64,000 bases of DNA from Eledone cirrhosa (taxonomy: Eukaryota), in the NCBI GenBank assembly GCA_964016885.1, contig OZ024743.1, positions 45,694,001 to 45,758,000 on the forward strand. The letters are read 5' to 3'. Position numbers and translations under genes: made by a program. This document shows positions 1 through 12,500 of this stretch, piece by piece. Under the pieces are notes generated by a model, which searched no databases, was not told where the DNA came from, and worked only from the letters and a program-made list of their open reading frames with translations. Positions within the stretch are counted from its first letter, which is position 1. Every line of letters starts with the position of its first letter.

Positions 1-482
1 ACATATATGTATACAGACGTACAGTAGTATGTATATATATATATACATGCATGCACACATAACGTTTATCGTTTTCGGTGCACCCGGCCAATTAACCCAC
101 TCGATATGCAAATTGGGCTACTCAGCCGTTAGTATGCATAAGGTAAGTATATACGTTCAACAATCTTGCAGGAAGGTATACGTTGCTGACGATAGCTAAT
201 AAGCTTGAAACTAGTACAGCGTTCCTTTGTCAGTGTTGAACAAACATGCAACGACGGTTGCTGGACACTACGGCTTAATATGGGATGTTTGTTTACAAAC
301 ACACCGAGCATTATAATAAATGTTCGGTGAATCCATACGTACATATATATATATGTGTGCATGTATGTATATATATATACATACTACTGTACGTCTGTAT
401 ACATATATGTATGTACGTGTACATACTTATATTTAAGTAACAGCAGTACTAAGAGTGGGAAATGAAATTTCGTTTCATTTTT
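1..482 (+). mobile_element. Non-autonomous PLE/retrozyme-like element with inverted repeat (1-60 / 353-410), truncated by the window edge
   Basis: 1-60 is the reverse complement of 353-410; HHR at 180-222; segment 66-125 resembles 49663-49725; terminal tail 430-480 recurs inverted at 8068-8118. Confidence 0.55.
180..222 (+). ncRNA. Type I hammerhead ribozyme (minimal, palindromic stem III)
   Basis: acgttg-CTGACGA-t agct aata agct t-GAAA-CTAG-TA-cagcgt: stem I, intact core, stem II, ACTAGT stem III. Confidence 0.8.
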
Positions 483-485
483 TCC

Positions 486-529
<44 letters not shown>

Positions 530-547
530 TTATCTAGATATTTATTT

Positions 548-1066
548 AGGTTTGTTGGTTCACCACTGGTTAGAACTGGTCATTCCGTATGGTCAATCTC
601 GATGTAATATTATGTAGAGTACTCAACGTAATGCAACTCACCCGTCTTTGTTTGTGTAGTTAGTGGTGCGAGTACGGAGTTAATTATTATAAAATAACAG
701 GAGGCTGGACTGGTGTAAATCCTTGAAAGGTATATTATACTATGATCACTTCAATGACCGGGTATCAGTATGAATCCGGTGATATCATCAGGTATTCGAA
801 ATATAACAAAGGAATATAACAGATAAAATCCATGGGACTGAAAATCAGAGGCAAGAGGACGACCGACTATGGTAGAAGCTGCTAAATAGTCAGTCGTCCT
901 CTTGTCTCTGATTTTCAGCCCCATGGATTTTATCTGTTATATTCCTTTGTTATATTTCGAATACCTGATGATATCACCGGATTCATACTGATACCCGGTC
1001 ATTGAAATGATCATAGTATAATAAACCTTTGAAGGATTTACACCAGTCCAGCCTCCTGTTATTTTA

Positions 1067-1070
<4 letters not shown>
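548..1070. mobile_element. Fold-back PLE-derived element: 185-bp arms (686-870 / 886-1070), 15-nt loop, extra tail on the left
   Basis: Near-perfect inverted repeat; each arm has an HHR; bounded by (TA)n. Confidence 0.75.
961..1019 (+). ncRNA. Type I hammerhead ribozyme
   Basis: atac-CTGATGA-...accgg...ccggt...-GAAA-TGATCA-TA-gtat; mirror copy at 737-795 (-) has GAAG instead of GAAA. Confidence 0.75.
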
Positions 1071-1133
<63 letters not shown>

Positions 1134-1706
1134 GAGAAGAAAGAAGAATACTGCGTGGTTGCACATGAGTTACATATGAGAAAATTAGTCCCTCGTCAGT
1201 GATTTGCCAACCATCATTGATAATTCATCGCATTAAAAATCATATACCTCAGGTTGGTGCGAGCAATAACTAAAAAAAGCTATTGGGACAAGTAAATCCC
1301 GTAAAGCGAGCGAGACAAGTAAACAACATAGAAGGATAAAAGCAAACCGAAGATAGGAAAAAAACAAGCAACATGGTTATCCGGTCAGCATAATCTGGGT
1401 GGATTTCATGAGCGATCAAGATACAGACCGTCCCACGTGAGTAAGATGTGAGCAAGAAAAGACCCCACTACTAGCCAAACGGGAGGAAGTGAGAAGGGGA
1501 GAAACAGAGAGTGAGTGAGTGGAAGTGCGAGGAAGAGGTCAGTCGAGAGAAAGTGTAACTGACAGAGGGGGCGAAAGAAGGTGAGAGAAACAGAGAGAAC
1601 GGGGAAGCAGTAAGAGAGAAACAGACAAACGCAGTATATATATATATATACATATCTATACAATATAATGTAACACACATACACACACATATATATGTAT
1701 ATATAT

Positions 1707-1798
<92 letters not shown>

Positions 1799-1961
1799 CT
1801 ATACAATATAATGTAACACACATACACACACATATATATTGTCCAAATAAAACAAACAAAATTATTTCTTGTTATATTTCAAAAGAATATATATTTCATA
1901 AATATATAAATATATACATATATGTAATATGTATACATATATATATATTTCGTATATATCG

Positions 1962-2035
<74 letters not shown>

Positions 2036-2591
2036 GAATGTAATAAAACGAATAGAAAAAGGCATAAAACATGGGCAAAGAGGACAGTACAGAAACGAAG
2101 GAAAAAAGAAATAGGATTCGTGAAAAACAACAATAACAACGAAAATTTCCGATCTTCAGTCGTCTCATCTAAATCAACTGTTTTACGGCAGGAAGGCTTC
2201 GTTGGTGAAAGCTTCGTTCAGAAGAGATAAAGCTCAGACCAAGAGAAGCATAAGTTTGACGAATATAAAAATTATAAATAAATACCTAAGATAAACCCCA
2301 TGAATGGGGCAGGAGACAAAAGACTGTTATACATAGATGAAAGAGCACATCGTTAGGCTTATAAGACAAATCCGACCAATTGGAATATGCAAGGCTAAAG
2401 GAAATTATATGATGGCACGTGAAAGAAGACTTTCCTACGGATTTCTTATGAATGAAACAGTTCTAGTCCTGTAGAAGTCATTACTATAAGGAAATAAAGG
2501 TGCCTATACTCAACTAAAGCATTGAGTACCTTTCCGATATACATCAGGAATCCGCCAACACATACTCGCATATATATATATATTCATTCAA

Positions 2592-3945
2592 TTGGATATT
2601 GCTAATTATTACTCATCTATCACTCCTAATCTACTTAATAAAGCCCTTACATATGCATTTAAATATACTGATTTAACTAGCAATGAAATGTACATTATCT
2701 TAACTGCACGTAAAACATTAATTAAATTTAGCAACCACCTTTGGACTAGAGCAGATAGGGATAACAATTTCGATATCACTCTGGGGTCATCGGACTCGGC
2801 TCAATTAAAGGATCTTGTGGGACTTTTTATTAACAATACTTTACATAGGAAAATACCAGAGATGACCGGTGGTTTATATCGTGACGATATGCTTTTACTT
2901 ATTGAAAATAATAATAATTGTGAAATAAATAGGAAAAGAAAAGAAATTATACAATTTTTTAATAGCGTTAATCTTAAAATAGAAGTAGAGAATAATTATA
3001 AAATAGTTAATTTTTTAGATGTAACTTTAAACTGGTCTTTATTATCCATTTCATAAAATAAATGAGAATTTCAGCGAATAAAAATATATTTGAAGATAAG
3101 GCACAATATCATAACAAAGCGTTAGGTAGAGCAGGCTATAGTAATGAAATTAAATACATTGACAATAAGGATGTGCCATAACCATAAATATAAATATAAC
3201 CATAATAGGAAACCTTGCACTAACTCGAAAATCAAAAGAAAAAATAGAACTAGAAATATATTATGGTTCGCTCCCCCTTTCTCATTAAGTATTAAAACTC
3301 CTATAGCTAAATTATTTTTTAAAGCTCTAGATAAGTGCTTTCCTAAGACACACAGGTATTACTCAATATTTAATAGACATACTATTAAACTCTCATATTC
3401 CACCACTATGAATTTAGCGCAGAATATTAATAGAATTAATAATAGAAACTTAAAACCTAACCAGAATAGCATTAATACCCCTATCAATGTCCAATATAAT
3501 GTTATGGCTCCCAATAATATAAATTCAGATAAATGTAATTGTAGAAATAAATCTAACTGTCCTCTAAATAATAATTGTTTAGTTAAAAATATAGTATACA
3601 AAACAAATGAAAACTCCTTTAACTATGTCGGCTCTACTTCCACAGACTTCAAATCTCGTTTCAATAACCATAAATGTTCCTTTACGAATATTGGTAAAAA
3701 ATCTTCAACTTCTCTATCTAACTTATTATGGGACTTAAAATCCAAGAATATTAACTATTCTTTACTTTGGAAAATTATCTCCAAAGCTCCTTCATACACT
3801 GCTTTATCCAAAAATTGCTCACTTTGCGATGAAGAAATATTCTTTATAATAAAAAAGTAAGAACTCTATTAATTTGCGAAATAATTTATTTAGTTCCTGT
3901 AAACATCGTTTAAACTCAACTTTTAAATATATATATAAAATGTAA
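2592..3945 (+). pseudogene. PLE reverse transcriptase + GIY-YIG endonuclease, disrupted
   Basis: DIANYYSSI, FDITLGSSDSAQ, GGLYRDD, VNFLDVTLN; CNCRNKSNCPLNNNC, YVGSTSTDFKSRFNNH, CSLCDEE; frameshifts, deletion and stop. Confidence 0.9.
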
Positions 3946-5302
3946 TATATGATTTATCTCCTTTACATAATGTTTTCTATATCTATATATGATTCATATA
4001 TATTTAATTTACTTTCTACTATCTCTACCTCATATATATACTATATACTTTATACTACTTTATACTACCTATCGATAGATTATAAATTTTTTTTTTTTTT
4101 TGTATTTGACTGCTTGAAACTCCTTTAAGAAAAATTGTTCTTGAAAAACTTACGGAAGCTTTTAGGAAAAAAATGTTTGTAAGCTCCTTTGAAAGATATT
4201 AAAAAAAAACATTATTTTCATACCTTCCAATATTTTTATATCTTCAAATATTTTAATATATATATCCAAATGTTTATATATATGTGGAAAAACATGATTT
4301 ATATATATATGTTTTTTATATATATATGTGGAATAACCTATGGTTTATGCTTTAAATATATTCTTAAGATACATTTTTTTTTATTTTTTAACTTTATAGC
4401 AAGTAAATTTATGACTTCGTATAAAATAACATATGGTTCATGTTTTAATTATATTCTTAAGATAAAAAGATTTTAACTTTTTAACTTTATAACATTTAAT
4501 TCTTTGAGTCATCTGAGATCTCAAAAAATCACTTCTAACTTCCTTTACACTTCCTTACTGTTTTTATAATATAATTAAGTGGTTATTCCTTTGTAAACTC
4601 TCGTAAACTTTTCATAAATTTAGAATTATTTGGATGTTTAAATTTTGACTTACAACTTTTAATAAAATAAACTATACTAGATTTTCTCTAATGTAAAATA
4701 CTATATATTTATTTAAATAATTTATAATCCTAAACATACACATTTAAACCAATATATTATTACTAATACATCTTAATATAATATAATTATTAATATTAAA
4801 TTATTAAATTAAATCTTTAATATTAAGGCAAATTTTAATCTTTAATTTTGATTTCTAATTTTTAATTTAAATCTAATTTTTCAACCTATCATTATAAGTA
4901 ATCAAAACATAATGAACCCTGAATTATAAATATTATTCTTTCACGTTAATCTTATTTCTTCCTTCACTTAGATATATTTACGCTGTGTATATTTCTCCTT
5001 TGAAACTTATTTCGTCATTCCCTCTATCTTCATTATCAATATGTATAATCGTTCTTTCTTTCCTCTTCTATCTTTCTCCTTTATTTTTTCTTTTTATCTC
5101 TCTCCCTTACATATCATCTTCTTCCAACAGTTTAATTTAAATAAACCGTTATCTTTTCAACCTTTTGGACACTCATTTGCATACTCACTCATAACTTTGT
5201 ATTACCCTCAATAAATGTACTATCTCCATTATCCAGGAAGCTCCAACCGTTAAGGTTGTCTTTTTTCCGGGTATGTCAATATTTATTTATAAAACAAATC
5301 TG

Positions 5303-5367
5303 TATTTTATCTGGTGAAAGCGCACCATAATTTGCCTGGTTGCCCTTGAAATATGTATAATAAAATA
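5303..5367 (+). ncRNA. Hammerhead ribozyme, mutated core (CTGGTGA)
   Basis: Same sequence family as 38240-38305, which has the canonical CTGATGA. Confidence 0.6.
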
Positions 5368-5495
5368 AATATCGTTTCCATTTATTAATATATTGTGTAT
5401 TTACTCCATTAATCTGTTGGGTGCTTTATATCAGTTATAAAAATGTTTAAGCTTGTTGAATCCAAACAAATTAAATATAACCTCTGCATATATAC

Positions 5496-5534
<39 letters not shown>

Positions 5535-5662
5535 TTTTAATACTTTTGGAAGGTCATGCTGCCAATAAAAACACACGGACCTGATGGTTTTCACTTCAAT
5601 TTATTATAAATTTCCGGCTGGCTGGTTGGTTGGTTCAATAACCGGATGGTTGTTTATATATT

Positions 5663-5705
5663 GTCAAAGCTCTTTCGTCACACATTATGTGACCTCTTCA
5701 GTGAC
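5663..5705 (-). ncRNA. Type I hammerhead ribozyme
   Basis: gtca-CTGAAGA-g gtcaca taatg tgtgac-GAAA-GAGC-TT-tgac; degenerate mirror at 6338-6380 (+); homolog at 42445-42487 (-). Confidence 0.8.
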
Positions 5706-5822
5706 TAGGTTTTTATTTTGTGTATCTCCTTTGTTCTGTCCTACACCATCTTATTTTTGTGTGTTGTGTGTTGTGTGCTTAGTTTGCGCATGCATTACAT
5801 CCGTGTGTGTGCGTGCGTGTGC

Positions 5823-5905
<83 letters not shown>

Positions 5906-5912
5906 TGTGTGT

Positions 5913-5945
<33 letters not shown>

Positions 5946-5960
5946 TATTTATTTATAAGT

Positions 5961-6323
5961 TTATTTACTTCTCACTAGTTGGTTGTTTGTTCTATTTGTG
6001 TTTATCTGATTTATTTTGTTATTTTTGGTTCTTGTGTATGTCTTCATTTTGTCCTTAATTACTAGTTGTGATGTTGCTATTCCACTCATGATTCTGTTTA
6101 ATTTTGGTTGGTGTTCGCTTATGGTTGTCGCCTCTGTAATTTGTCTCAGCATTGCATCTTTTCTGTGTGTGGATATAATTGTTATCTCTATGTTCTCTAA
6201 TGTGCCCCTATCTTCTATTTTGGCATGTTGGTGGAGTACTGAGGAGTTTTCCCCATCCTGGAATTCTCGCCAGGATTCACTTATCCTTTCTCCTATGCTA
6301 CGAGCTGTTTCACCTAGAAACAC
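5961..6323 (-). pseudogene. GIY-YIG endonuclease C-terminal fragment of a non-Naiad PLE type
   Basis: FLGETARSIGERISE...VLHQH...LRQITEATTI...PKLNR matches the PLE EN pattern YIGETxR...R..EH...R...EA..I...P.LNR. Confidence 0.75.
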
Positions 6324-6490
6324 AAAATAAAAATCTAGTCACTGAAAAGGACACAGAATGTGTGACGGAAGAGCTTTGACAATATATAAACAACCATCCA
6401 GTTATCGATCCAACCGGAAATTTATAATAAATTGAAGTGAAACCAATAGATGCGTGTTTTTTTATTTGCAGCATGACCCTCCCAAAGTAT

Positions 6491-6570
<80 letters not shown>

Positions 6571-6573
<3 letters not shown>

Positions 6574-7224
6574 ACAGTATATACTGAAGAAAACACAAAA
6601 GGGTGTGTTTTCAAATACGACCGGTAGAGAACCGTTAGAGTGAAAAGTATAAAGTCTACGAAAGGAATGGAAAATACATATTAATTAAAAGATTAAATCA
6701 AATGTATATACCAACCTTTATAACTATAAAACACCTGCACAAAATCTAAAAAGAGAATGTTTCGCCATAAAAAGTGCCATCTCATACCTCTCAGGGCTTC
6801 TCAACAGGTGTAAAGACCATATGGACGACACTTCTAAAGAGACTTCAGACAACTGAAATATCGCACATGGTGTAAAAAAAAGACGAAAACACGCGCGCCA
6901 GACAGTACATAGTGGCTGGAGGGGATAAAAAAACCACTAGAAATAGCAGTCCATAACCATTCAACTTAAGACGCTTTGTCCACATTTTTTTATAGTTATA
7001 AAGATGAGTCTGTACATTTGATTTACTATTTTAATTAATATGTATTTTCCATTCTTTTCGTAGACTTTATGTTTTTCACTCTAGTGGTTCTCTACCCCTC
7101 GTAATTGAAAACATACCTTTTTCTGTTGTCTTCTCTATATACTGTATTATGAAGAGCCCGGTACGTATTCCTTGAGCTCAATAAATTACATGGGATTAAC
7201 GCGAGCTTTTAACTCTGTTTTTTT

Positions 7225-7229
<5 letters not shown>
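6571..7229. mobile_element. Old fold-back PLE-end element (arms about 6571-6730 / 6987-7148) with tail
   Basis: Diverged inverted arms; tail 7150-7229 related to inverted 7555-7620; degenerate HHR-like motif at 6730-6812 (-). Confidence 0.55.
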
Positions 7230-7300
<71 letters not shown>

Positions 7301-7302
<2 letters not shown>

Positions 7303-7498
7303 TGTTTGGATACTTATTAGCTTATGCATCCATCAAAATATAATTCTGTTATAACAATCGTTTTGTTTGTTTGTTTTTCTAATGCGATGAAATACCTATG
7401 ATGGCTAGTTGATCACTGATGGTGGATAGTCCCGGCTTCTCTTTCTAATATTTACTTCATATGTATCACATTCGCAAAAACACAGCACGCCATTTTTC

Positions 7499-7556
<58 letters not shown>

Positions 7557-8027
7557 ATTAGAGTTAAAACTACAATTGGAACCCTGTAACTATTGAGCTC
7601 CAAGTATAAAAATACTGAGCCGATTAATAATATATAGTTAGAAACACAGTAAACCGTGTGTCTAAAATTACAAGGGTTGAAAAACCACATTTGTTTGAAA
7701 TATTTAACCAAGAAGCAGACAGAATGATAAAATAAAAATATATTATTATACAAACCGCCTCAATAACCATTATATCTCTCGGACAGATTATCTCTAATCT
7801 GTTTCGCCCTGAGTGTGTTTGTAACAGATAATCTTGGGCATCATCAGCGAGAGAATCTGATTAAATGCAACAAACACTATTTGCCAACGTTCACACAGAA
7901 AGATGAATTTGTCACCTCGTGCGCCGCTAGTCAAACGTGGTAAGCGCGTATTGAATAGAAATAACAGTCCAACACACACAACTTAATAAGCTCAACTTGT
8001 GAGGGAGCAGTGTTTCTTACTATATAT

Positions 8028-8067
<40 letters not shown>

Positions 8068-8119
8068 ATGAAACGAAATTTCATTTCTCACTCTTAGTAC
8101 GGCACTTACTACTTACATT

Positions 8120-8152
<33 letters not shown>

Positions 8153-8190
8153 TATATATATATATATTATATATATTATATATATATATC

Positions 8191-8280
<90 letters not shown>

Positions 8281-8282
8281 TT

Positions 8283-8370
<88 letters not shown>

Positions 8371-8378
8371 TTTATATA

Positions 8379-8461
<83 letters not shown>

Positions 8462-8982
8462 GAAAAATGGCGAGCTGTGTTGTTGCGAATGTGATACATA
8501 TGAAGTAAAAATTAGAATGAGAAGCCGGGACTATCCACCATCAGTGATCTACTAGCCATCATAGGTATTTCTTCGCATTAAAGATCTTCGCATTATACAT
8601 CCGGCTAGCACGAACAATAACTAAAATAAGTTATTTGGATAAAAAAGAATTGGGTGGGGAAAGAGAGACAGGTGAACAAACAAGAATGGTGAGGCAATAA
8701 TATACATATACATATATATATACATTATATTTATACATTATATATATATATATATATATTATATATATTATATATATATTATATATATATATACATATAT
8801 ATATATATGGGGGGGGTGTACGTGTGTGTGTGTGTGTGTATAGATACATGCACATATATATTTATATATATATATATATATACATATACATATTTATAAA
8901 GAAAAACAGACAGAAACAAAACGATTGTTATAATAGAATTATATTTTGATGGATGCATAAGCTAATAAGTATCCAAACAATA
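7301..8982. repeat. Rearranged inverted duplications: 7301-7370 / 8918-8982 and 7380-7500 / 8458-8582
   Basis: Reverse-complement matches read directly; a diverged relative lies at 1130-1240. Confidence 0.6.
7785..7859 (-). ncRNA. Hammerhead-like ribozyme motif
   Basis: CTGATGA-t gccc...gggc-GAAA-caga-tt with imperfect stem I (cagattctct / agagataatctg). Confidence 0.55.
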
Positions 8983-9431
8983 TTTATTAAAGAAAATATT
9001 CAGACACCGAGTTATAAACGATAGACACTGAAGAACGCGATATAAGGAAACACAAAAAGACAGCCATTCCGATTTTGAAAATAGTTACAACAGAACATAT
9101 GCATCCTTATATACTTCTTGTCGTAGTAGAATGATTTGTACAGGTGTGTATCTAAGAACGAAAACGGTCATATCTACTCATTAATAATATTAACATTTAT
9201 ACATATATATGGTGTATATATAATTATAAATATGGAGGGTAGCACTAAGTACAATCCAGTTACCGGTAGGAGAAAAAGCTCAATGTAAATTATCAAATGT
9301 ATTTTCTGTAGCATAACATCCTTTTGTAACTCCTGCTTTTCTCTATGATGTCAATGACCCTGACAATAGTTATGTATCTATATAAATGTTCTGAAGACTA
9401 GGATTTTAATTACCTGTTTAAATATTCTCTA

Positions 9432-9478
9432 TGCTCCGATGAAACCGGACATCTGTGTGGAAGAAACAATTGTTAGCA
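9432..9478 (+). ncRNA. Degenerate hammerhead ribozyme
   Basis: tgct-CCGATGA-...-GAAA-CAATTG-TT-agca; palindromic ACAATTGT stem III. Confidence 0.5.
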
Positions 9479-9532
9479 ATTAAATGTATTAAACTAAGAT
9501 TTGATTGTTTTATATTTTGTATGTATATATAA

Positions 9533-9724
9533 TAATTGTTTTTACTTTTGGCATAAGGCCAGCACTTATCCCAGTGTATTACTGGTACTTTATTTTATCG
9601 ACCCCGTAAGAATGAAAAGCAAAGTTAACCTCGGCGGGATTTTAACTCAGACTATAAGGGGCCGTAACTCTTTGCTGCAAAGCATAGCGTCCGACCCTCT
9701 ACCGATACTGCCAATCCACCGCCC
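9533..9724 (-). mobile_element. tRNA-derived SINE, family A
   Basis: Reverse complement of GGCAGTATCGGTAGAG (A-box-like)...GAGTTCAAATCCC (B-box-like)...GCCTTTCATCCTTACGGGGTCGATAAAATAAAGTACCAG; multiple copies in the window. Confidence 0.8.
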
Positions 9725-9829
9725 TTGTATATGTATATATAATAATATTTAGATAAATGCGTAGATACGACCGTTTTTCTCTCTTAGATACACACCTGTA
9801 CAAATACTCAGCACTACGAGGGATTTGAC

Positions 9830-9950
9830 CTGAGGTCAAATCCCGCCAAGGTTAACTTTGCCTTTCGTCCTTACAGGGTCGATAAAATAAAGTACCAGTA
9901 ATGTACTGAGAAAATTGCTGGCCTTGTGCCAAAAGTAGAAACAATTATCA
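9830..9950 (+). mobile_element. SINE family A, 5'-truncated
   Basis: B-box-like, central domain and tail match the other copies. Confidence 0.75.
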
Positions 9951-9992
9951 TATGTATATATATATATGTGTGTGTCTGTGTGTGAGCATGTG

Positions 9993-10075
<83 letters not shown>

Positions 10076-10432
10076 GGGGGGTGTACATATATTATGTATA
10101 TATTTATGCAACAATATATATATAAACCCGTAATGCAAATATTTATCGTTACATTGTTGAAAGCAGAACTATTTTTTCAACTTTTAATGTGTGCTAATAA
10201 TATATATGTGCGTGTATGTTTGTGTGTGTTTGTGTGTGTGTTTGTGTGTATATGTGTGTATGTTGTGTGTATGTTTGTGCGTATGTGTGTGTATGTTTGT
10301 GTGTGTGTTAGATTTAACATTCTCCTTTATTAAATATTATTTTAGACTAAAAGTAGCGTAAAAAGATTGACAATAATTACAAAAGAGAACAGCCTCCTCT
10401 TAGACTGCGGCCATCAGTGATGCTGTGGTAGC

Positions 10433-10860
10433 GATGAGTTAGGCATGGGCTGAACCTGAACCAGACATGAGTTAGGCATGGACTGAACCTGAGCCAGACA
10501 TGATTTAGGCATGGGCTAAACATGAGCCAGACATGAGTCATGCATATGCTGCACTTGAGCGTGACATGACCTAATCATAAGCCAGACATGAGTCTTACAT
10601 GGGCTAAACATGAGCCAGATATGAGTGATACATATGCTACACTTGAGCGTGACATGACCTAATCATGAGCCAGACATGAGTCTTACATGGGCTAAACATG
10701 AGCCAGATATGAGTCATACATATGCTACACTTGAGCCAGACATGACCTAATCATGAGCCAGACATGAGCTAAACATGAGTCAGACATGAATCATACATAT
10801 GCTACATTTGAGCCAGGCATGACCTAAACATGAGCTAGGCATGATCTAAACATGAGTTTA
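10433..10860. repeat. Minisatellite with an 11-bp unit (CATGAGCCAGA-like) and 88-bp higher-order repeat
   Basis: CATG recurs every 11 bp; near-identical blocks start near 10532, 10620 and 10708. Confidence 0.8.
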
Positions 10861-11199
10861 ACTAACTAGTAAGTTAGTAAAACCTCTTCAACAAAGAAAA
10901 TATTGCATATTTTGAAGATGCCAGGAAACTACGAAGAACTCATATTTTGATATGAGGAAAGTGATTCCTTAAAGATGTTTGGTACTTATCGCAGCACTTA
11001 GAATGAAGCCAAATTCCTGTTACCATGGCGATATCTATTTGTGCTTCGTCATTGCAAAACATCGTTAGTCATACTGATAATGTGCTGGATTACCGTCAGT
11101 TGCGACGATGAGAGTTGTGGTTGTTCGAAAAACGGAACAACCTGTTCGTGAAATTAATGTGCAAGTGGTTGAACATTCCGCAAACACGTGCACTCTTAA

Positions 11200-11388
11200 T
11201 GTACCTCTCAGGGAGATTCAGCGTGACACACTATGTGACAACGCTGGCACTATGAATGACAGCAGCTGAGTTAACTAGAGTAACGTTAAATAAAGTTTCT
11301 TGTTCATAGACATAACGTGTAACCAGGAAACGAACTCAAATCCTTGCGATGGTGAGACGAACACCCTATCAACTAAGCTACGCCCTTT
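11200..11388 (-). mobile_element. Diverged tRNA-derived SINE (other family)
   Basis: Minus strand reads GGGCGTAGCTTAGTTGATAGGGTG...GAGTTCGTTTCC, a tRNA-like head. Confidence 0.5.
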
Positions 11389-11400
11389 ACCAACACTGGT

Positions 11401-11810
11401 GATAATTGTTTCTACTTTTGGCACAAGGCCAGCAATTATCTCAGTGTATTACTGGTACTTTATTTTATCGACCCTGTAAGGATGAAAGGCAAAGTTAACC
11501 TCAGCGGGATTTGCACTCAGATCATAAAGGGGCGTAACTCTATGCTGCAAAGCATGGCGTCCGACCCTCTACTGATACTGCCAATCTACCAACACTGATG
11601 ATAATGCAGTTAATAAAGTTTTCTAGTTTTAGCACAAGGCCAGCAATTTGAACGAAGGTAAATTCGATGCAAAACCCAGTTCATAACTGGTACTTTATTT
11701 TACCGACCCCCGTAAAGATGAAAGGGAAAACAAACCTATGCGGGATTTGTAACTATATGCCGGAAAGTGTATTTTTCGACACTCTACCTATACTGACAAT
11801 CCACCGCCTT
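11401..11810 (-). mobile_element. Two tandem SINE family A copies
   Basis: 11401-11592 and the more diverged 11615-11810 match family A. Confidence 0.75.
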
Positions 11811-12168
11811 CTATGCAACTAATGATAACTAAAAAATGACGGTCATGACTATAGATTTATATTCAATGAGAATGAGATAGTGTGGAGTAAAATAGTTTAC
11901 GTAAAGTGAATTGACAATACAGGCGATATAGTCACAGCCGAGCATGACAACAGATACACTAATTCAAATAACCAGGGTTTTTCAGCAATTATACGAGGTT
12001 ATGCGATTTTCCGTTAACACTTTTGATAATAAACGACCTAAAGCCATCTATGATTCTATAATACAAAACTCTTTATTTTAAAGTTTGTATATTTTACTAA
12101 AAACCATTTATCATAATTTTGTGTAAGTTACGTTCAAAACACCATGTTAATAATGAGAAAGTTCGTTA

Positions 12169-12500
12169 TGGCAGTATCGGTAGAGGGTCGGACGCCATGC
12201 TTTTCAGCATAGAGTTACGGCCTTTTGTTCAAATCCCTGAGTTCAAATTCCTCCGAGGTTAACTTTGCCTTTCATCCTTACGGGGTCGATAAAATAAAGT
12301 ACCAGCCACGTACTGCAGTTGATTTAATCGACTTTCCCCTCCCCCAAAATTGCTAGTTTGTGCCTATATAATAAACCATTATTTCCACTTAGCAGTATCG
12401 ATAGAGCGTCAGACACCATGTTTTGTAGCATAGAGTTGTGGCCCGTTACGTTATGCGTTCAAATCCCGCTGAGGTTAACTTTGCCTTTCATCCTTTCATC
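12169..12500 (+). mobile_element. Two SINE family A copies (12169-12385 and partial 12390-12500)
   Basis: A/B-box-like head and conserved central domain. Confidence 0.8.

Larger units (their letters stand above)
2585..5487 (+). mobile_element. 5'-truncated Naiad-like Penelope element with long AT-rich 3' region, HHR and terminal tail
   Basis: RT/EN fragments closely similar to the 59.2-61.4 kb ORF; HHR at 5303; ends in (TA)n. Confidence 0.85.
5540..6492 (-). mobile_element. PLE 3' fragment with inverted terminal copy (about 5540-5725 / 6315-6492)
   Basis: Diverged inverted arms, each with an HHR; internal GIY-YIG C-terminal fragment; related copy at 42380-42830. Confidence 0.75.

Noticed and set aside
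2136-2166. Minimal hammerhead on the minus strand (gacga-CTGAAGA-tcg-GAAA-ttt-tcgtt)
   Set aside because: Stem II is absent and too few nucleotides remain for stem III; it is single-copy and could be chance or a deleted relic.
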